A DNA stretch of 64,000 bases from positions 2,490-66,489 of the forward strand of contig JAFRIJ010000003.1 of assembly GCA_017432825.1 (NCBI GenBank), read 5' to 3'. A program made the translations under genes and the position numbers. The stretch's first letter is position 1. The number at the start of each line of letters is the position of its first letter. Source of the stretch: Bacilli bacterium. GTDB lineage: Bacteria; Bacillota_I; Bacilli_A; RF39; UBA660. Below are positions 60,713 to 64,000 of this stretch, piece by piece. Below the pieces are notes generated by a model. It was not told the DNA's origin. It saw nothing but the letters and a program-made list of their open reading frames with translations, and made no database searches.

Positions 60713-60983
60713 AGAAATAATTATTAATAATAATTCTTATGAGTTGATTAAAAATTATCGAGATGCATATAATGAGGAAGAATTTTTATCTAAATTTACT
60801 GATTATTTTTATGATTATGATTATGTTGTTGGAGATATAGCATATGGTAAGCTTAGATTAAAGGGGTTTTATGATAGTAAAAATAAAAAGGTAAAAAAAA
60901 TAAATGATTATAAAAATGTTGATAAATATTTAAAAGAAATGTGTGCAAATGATTGTAAGCATTTTATCGTTCATAAAAAATAA
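60705..60983 (+). CDS. yutD: YutD-family protein (DUF1027)
   Basis: SYELIKNYRDAYNEEEFLSKFTDYFYDYDYVVGDIAYGKLRLKGFYD matches the YutD pattern (YELIE..RNAF...YDYIVGDWGYGQLRLKGF). Confidence 0.7.
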   Translation: MVKEIIINNNSYELIKNYRDAYNEEEFLSKFTDYFYDYDYVVGDIAYGKLRLKGFYDSKNKKVKKINDYKNVDKYLKEMCANDCKHFIVHKK

Positions 60984-60984
60984 A

Positions 60985-61010
60985 ACACTCTATTAGAGTG
61001 TTTTTAATTT
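60985..61010. terminator. bidirectional terminator AAACACTCTA-TT-AGAGTGTTT
   Basis: Perfect 10-bp palindrome between the convergent yutD and the FtsW/RodA-family gene. Confidence 0.6.
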
Positions 61011-62092
61011 GTAAATCTTAAACTTTCATTTGATATGTTAAATATCATACCTACTAATAACATATATGATAATAGAGATGATCCTCCATAACTAATAAAT
61101 GGTAGGGTTATTCCCATTATTGGAAGTAATCCTATTGTCATTGATATGTTTTGTATTTGTTGAAATAGTAATACTGCTATTATTCCTCCTATAGCATATT
61201 TATCTGTTATATCTGTTGTTTTATTAGCGGTTAGTAATAAGTTTATGTCAAAATATATTAATAAAAATAGTAGTAGTGATGCGCCAATTAATCCAAAGTT
61301 TGATGCTATTACGGCAAATATAAAGTCTGTTTGCATTTCTGGAAAATATATTGGCGTTTTGTTAAATCCGTGTCCTAATATTCCTGCTGAACTTATTGCT
61401 GTTAATGAATTTGTTAATTGCATTCCACTATTTGATGACCAATTAATTATTCTGTCTATTCTGTATAATAGGCTTGTGCCAAATATTTTTAAGAATAAAT
61501 CTTTGTCTATTTGATATATTAATGTTATTCCTCCTATTATTCCTCCTATAAGGAGTATAATTAAGAAGAACCATCTTTTTCTTATTCCTCCTACAAATAG
61601 CATCATAGCGGTTATTATGAAATATATTATAACAGCACCTGTATCTGGTTCTATAAAGGTTAATATTGATGGTATTATTACTATTAGGAAAATTTTAATT
61701 AGGAATTTAAATTCTTCAAATACAGTAGGATTAGTATTATTTTCATTAAAATCTCTTATTAATTTGGATAGTATTATTATTAAGAATACTTTCATAAATT
61801 CACTTGGTTGAATACTACCTATATATTTAATATTAAACCAGCATCTAGCGTTGTTTACTTCTTTTCCAATAAATAAAACTAATGTTAGGGAAATAATTCC
61901 TATTAAGTAAAACCACCAAGCATTATTATATAAAAACTTATTTCCTACAGCCATCATTATGTATGCTATAGTAAAACCTGTTATATACCATATTATTTGT
62001 TTTATCCAGCAATTTTGATATTCAATTCCTATTAAATTCTTTGTACAATAGATTGATAATACTGATATTATTCCAAATATTATTAAGGGCAA
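61004..62092 (-). CDS. FtsW/RodA/SpoVE-family peptidoglycan glycosyltransferase (SEDS)
   Basis: About 10 TM helices and the SEDS motifs GIEYQNCW..., FIFAVIASNFGLIGASLL and PFISYGGSSLL. It appears to start at TTG at 62092, since there is no in-frame ATG upstream. Confidence 0.8.
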   Translation of the reverse strand: MPLIIFGIISVLSIYCTKNLIGIEYQNCWIKQIIWYITGFTIAYIMMAVGNKFLYNNAWWFYLIGIISLTLVLFIGKEVNNARCWFNIKYIGSIQPSEFMKVFLIIILSKLIRDFNENNTNPTVFEEFKFLIKIFLIVIIPSILTFIEPDTGAVIIYFIITAMMLFVGGIRKRWFFLIILLIGGIIGGITLIYQIDKDLFLKIFGTSLLYRIDRIINWSSNSGMQLTNSLTAISSAGILGHGFNKTPIYFPEMQTDFIFAVIASNFGLIGASLLLFLLIYFDINLLLTANKTTDITDKYAIGGIIAVLLFQQIQNISMTIGLLPIMGITLPFISYGGSSLLSYMLLVGMIFNISNESLRFTN

Positions 62093-62262
62093 TAGGATTT
62101 TATTTTCTACTTTAAATTTTGAAATATGTTTAATATTATCATCCCTTCCTTTAATTTTATTACTTTATTTTATCATAATTTTTTTGTTTTATAAAGTTAT
62201 TTAAATAATTATCTTTTAAAAATTATAATTTTGTTATATAATTATAATAAGTGAGGTGTTAT

Positions 62263-62727
62263 ATGAGGGTTTTGATACAGAGATGTCTTAATTCTAGTGT
62301 TAGCGTTGATAATGATATTATTGGTAAAATTGATAGTGGTGTAGTTCTGTTTGTTTGTTTTACTGAAGGGGATTCTAGTAGTGAAATTGATTATATGATA
62401 GATAAGATTATTAATTTAAGAATATTTGATGATGAGAATGGTATTATGAATAAGAGTCTTATTGATGTTGATGGTAGTATTTTGTCTATTAGTCAATTTA
62501 CTTTATATGCTGATACTAGAAAGGGCAGAAGACCTTCTTATATTAATGCTTTAAATGGTAATGAGGCTAGTTTATTATATGATGAGTTTAATAATAAAAT
62601 TATGGATTTGAATATTCATGTTGAGACTGGTAAATTTGGTGCTGATATGAAAGTTTCGTTAGTTAATGATGGCCCTGTTACTATTATGTTAGAAAAGGAG
62701 AATAATTATGAAAAAAAATGTAGTTAA
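62263..62727 (+). CDS. dtd: D-aminoacyl-tRNA deacylase
   Basis: MRVLIQR..., SQFTLYAD (SQFTL motif) and GPVTI, with RBS GTGAGGTG. Confidence 0.9.
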   Translation: MRVLIQRCLNSSVSVDNDIIGKIDSGVVLFVCFTEGDSSSEIDYMIDKIINLRIFDDENGIMNKSLIDVDGSILSISQFTLYADTRKGRRPSYINALNGNEASLLYDEFNNKIMDLNIHVETGKFGADMKVSLVNDGPVTIMLEKENNYEKKCS

Positions 62728-63766
62728 TTATAAACTTGTTAATATTTTATTGATTATTTTAATTATTGCAATTTTGTATTGGATTAGTGGATTATGGATG
62801 GGTATTTTAGGTAAGTTTATAGCAGTTTTACTTCCATTTATTATTGGTTTTGCTATAGCTTATGCTTTGTATCCATTAAAAAGGAAGCTAATGGAAACTG
62901 GTTTATCTAGTTTTTTATCTGTTGGGATTATATATTTTATTTTATTAGGATTTATAATTTTGATGGGTATTATTGTTGTTCCTATGTTCTATGATCAGTT
63001 GATTTTGTTTTTAAGTAATATTTCTGCTGTTATTACGGATTTATCTTCTAGATTTGCACTTGATTTAGGATTCTTACAAAATTCTTTGAAAGATGCTTCT
63101 TCAGAAATTATAAGGGAGCTTGGCGGACATATTTCTAATGGTGCGATTAGTATTGTTAATTCTTCTATATCTTTTCTTACTAATTTTATAGTTGTTTTAA
63201 TTGTATCAGTTTATTTTTTAGTTGATATGGAAAATATTAGGAAAAGAATTATTTTAAGACTTAAGAAATATAAAAATAGAAGTTTTAATTATGTTAAAAC
63301 TTTAGATTGTGAAGTTACTAATTATTTTAGTGGTTTATTTAAGACTATTATTATTCAATTTTTTGAATATACTATTGTGTTTTTCTTAATTGGCCATCCT
63401 AACTGGTTAGTACTTGGTATTTTAGCTGCTGTTACTACTGTTATTCCTTATTTCGGTGGTTTGCTTACTAATATTTTAGCACTTATTATTTCTTCTGTTA
63501 TTAGTACAAAGATGTTTATTTTAACTTTAATTGTTTGTATTATTTGCCCTAATATAGATGGTTATATTATAGGGCCTAAGGTATATGGTCAAACTAATAA
63601 GCTTCATCCATTAGTAATTATTTTTTCTGTATTTGCTGGTGGTGTTATTGGTGGTATTTGGGGTATAGCTTTATCTTTGCCTGTTGCAATTATTATTATT
63701 GCTACTATAAAATTTTTTAGAAAAGATATTAATGATACTATTGATACTATTAAGGAGAATAGATAA
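62708..63766 (+). CDS. AI-2E family transporter (PerM/YtvI-like)
   Basis: 8 TM helices and a typical AI-2E/UPF0118 profile (FIIGFAIAYALYPL..., PYFGGLLTNILA). Confidence 0.7.
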   Translation: MKKNVVNYKLVNILLIILIIAILYWISGLWMGILGKFIAVLLPFIIGFAIAYALYPLKRKLMETGLSSFLSVGIIYFILLGFIILMGIIVVPMFYDQLILFLSNISAVITDLSSRFALDLGFLQNSLKDASSEIIRELGGHISNGAISIVNSSISFLTNFIVVLIVSVYFLVDMENIRKRIILRLKKYKNRSFNYVKTLDCEVTNYFSGLFKTIIIQFFEYTIVFFLIGHPNWLVLGILAAVTTVIPYFGGLLTNILALIISSVISTKMFILTLIVCIICPNIDGYIIGPKVYGQTNKLHPLVIIFSVFAGGVIGGIWGIALSLPVAIIIIATIKFFRKDINDTIDTIKENR

Positions 63767-63768
63767 TT

Positions 63769-64000
63769 ATGAAAGTTTTGTTGTATACTGAAGGGAAAAA
63801 ATCTATTAGTAAGAGTGGCCTTGGTAAGGCAATTAAACATCAAATGAGGGCTTTAGAGTTGGCGGGTGTAGAATATACTACTAATCCTAAAGATGATTTT
63901 GATATATTGCACATTAATACTTATTTTCCTTATTCATATAGTTTAGCTTTAAGGACTAAGAAAAAGGGAAAGAAGATTGTGTATCATGCTCATTCTACTG
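63769..64000 (+). CDS. GT4-family glycosyltransferase (3'-truncated by window edge)
   Basis: MKVLLYTEG...SGLGKAIKHQ...DILHINTYFP is a GT4 N-terminal domain, with RBS AAGGAG. Confidence 0.55.
   Translation, partial: MKVLLYTEGKKSISKSGLGKAIKHQMRALELAGVEYTTNPKDDFDILHINTYFPYSYSLALRTKKKGKKIVYHAHST

Noticed and set aside
61245-61811. Two plus-strand ORFs (89 and 64 aa) inside the FtsW/RodA-family gene
   Set aside because: They are antisense to a gene with clear SEDS motifs.

Overview
This window reads as core chromosome from a very AT-rich (roughly 25% GC by eye) endospore-forming Firmicute of Clostridia/Erysipelotrichia type. Almost all genes are on the + strand and tightly packed. From start to end: the 3' end of rpsB, then tsf, a lone AddA-like helicase-nuclease, an ABC-2 exporter with a VanZ-like protein, and the conserved ybeY-dgkA-cdd-era-yqzL-recO block. 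Next come mreCD, a dNMP-kinase-like P-loop protein with cmk, alaS, and a small island of lipoproteins and sporulation genes (Cse60 family, DUF378, DUF3592). These are followed by a YnbB-like PLP enzyme, fhs, hemW, gltX, a CobW-family GTPase, a single tRNA-Arg(CCT), a GH13 amylase, a TMEM43-like membrane protein, a CofE-like gamma-glutamyl ligase homologue, tadA, a Cys-rich protein, zupT and a DacA-like carboxypeptidase. A T-box leader then precedes a small ORF and pheST, followed by a SpoVID-like/YsxE-like spore-coat pair. The complete S10-spc-alpha ribosomal cluster runs from rpsJ to rplQ and includes secY, adk, infA, rpmJ and rpoA, with no rpmD and no map. The window ends with a YngK-like glycoside-hydrolase-like protein, yutD, an FtsW/RodA/SpoVE-family gene on the minus strand, dtd, an AI-2E transporter and the start of a GT4 glycosyltransferase. 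I found no CRISPR array, prophage or IS element. The most unusual signal is a duplicated two-gene membrane module, at 20546-22373 and again at 32490-34176. Each copy encodes a polytopic membrane protein with a Cys-protease-like (C39-like) ectodomain plus a membrane-anchored partner, and both proteins are paralogous between copies. Other points of interest are a Phe T-box that appears to control a small unknown ORF ahead of pheST, a Rho_N-like C-terminal tail on S2, the CofE-like ligase in a non-F420 context, and a recurring TTTATGTTATAAT extended -10 promoter motif.
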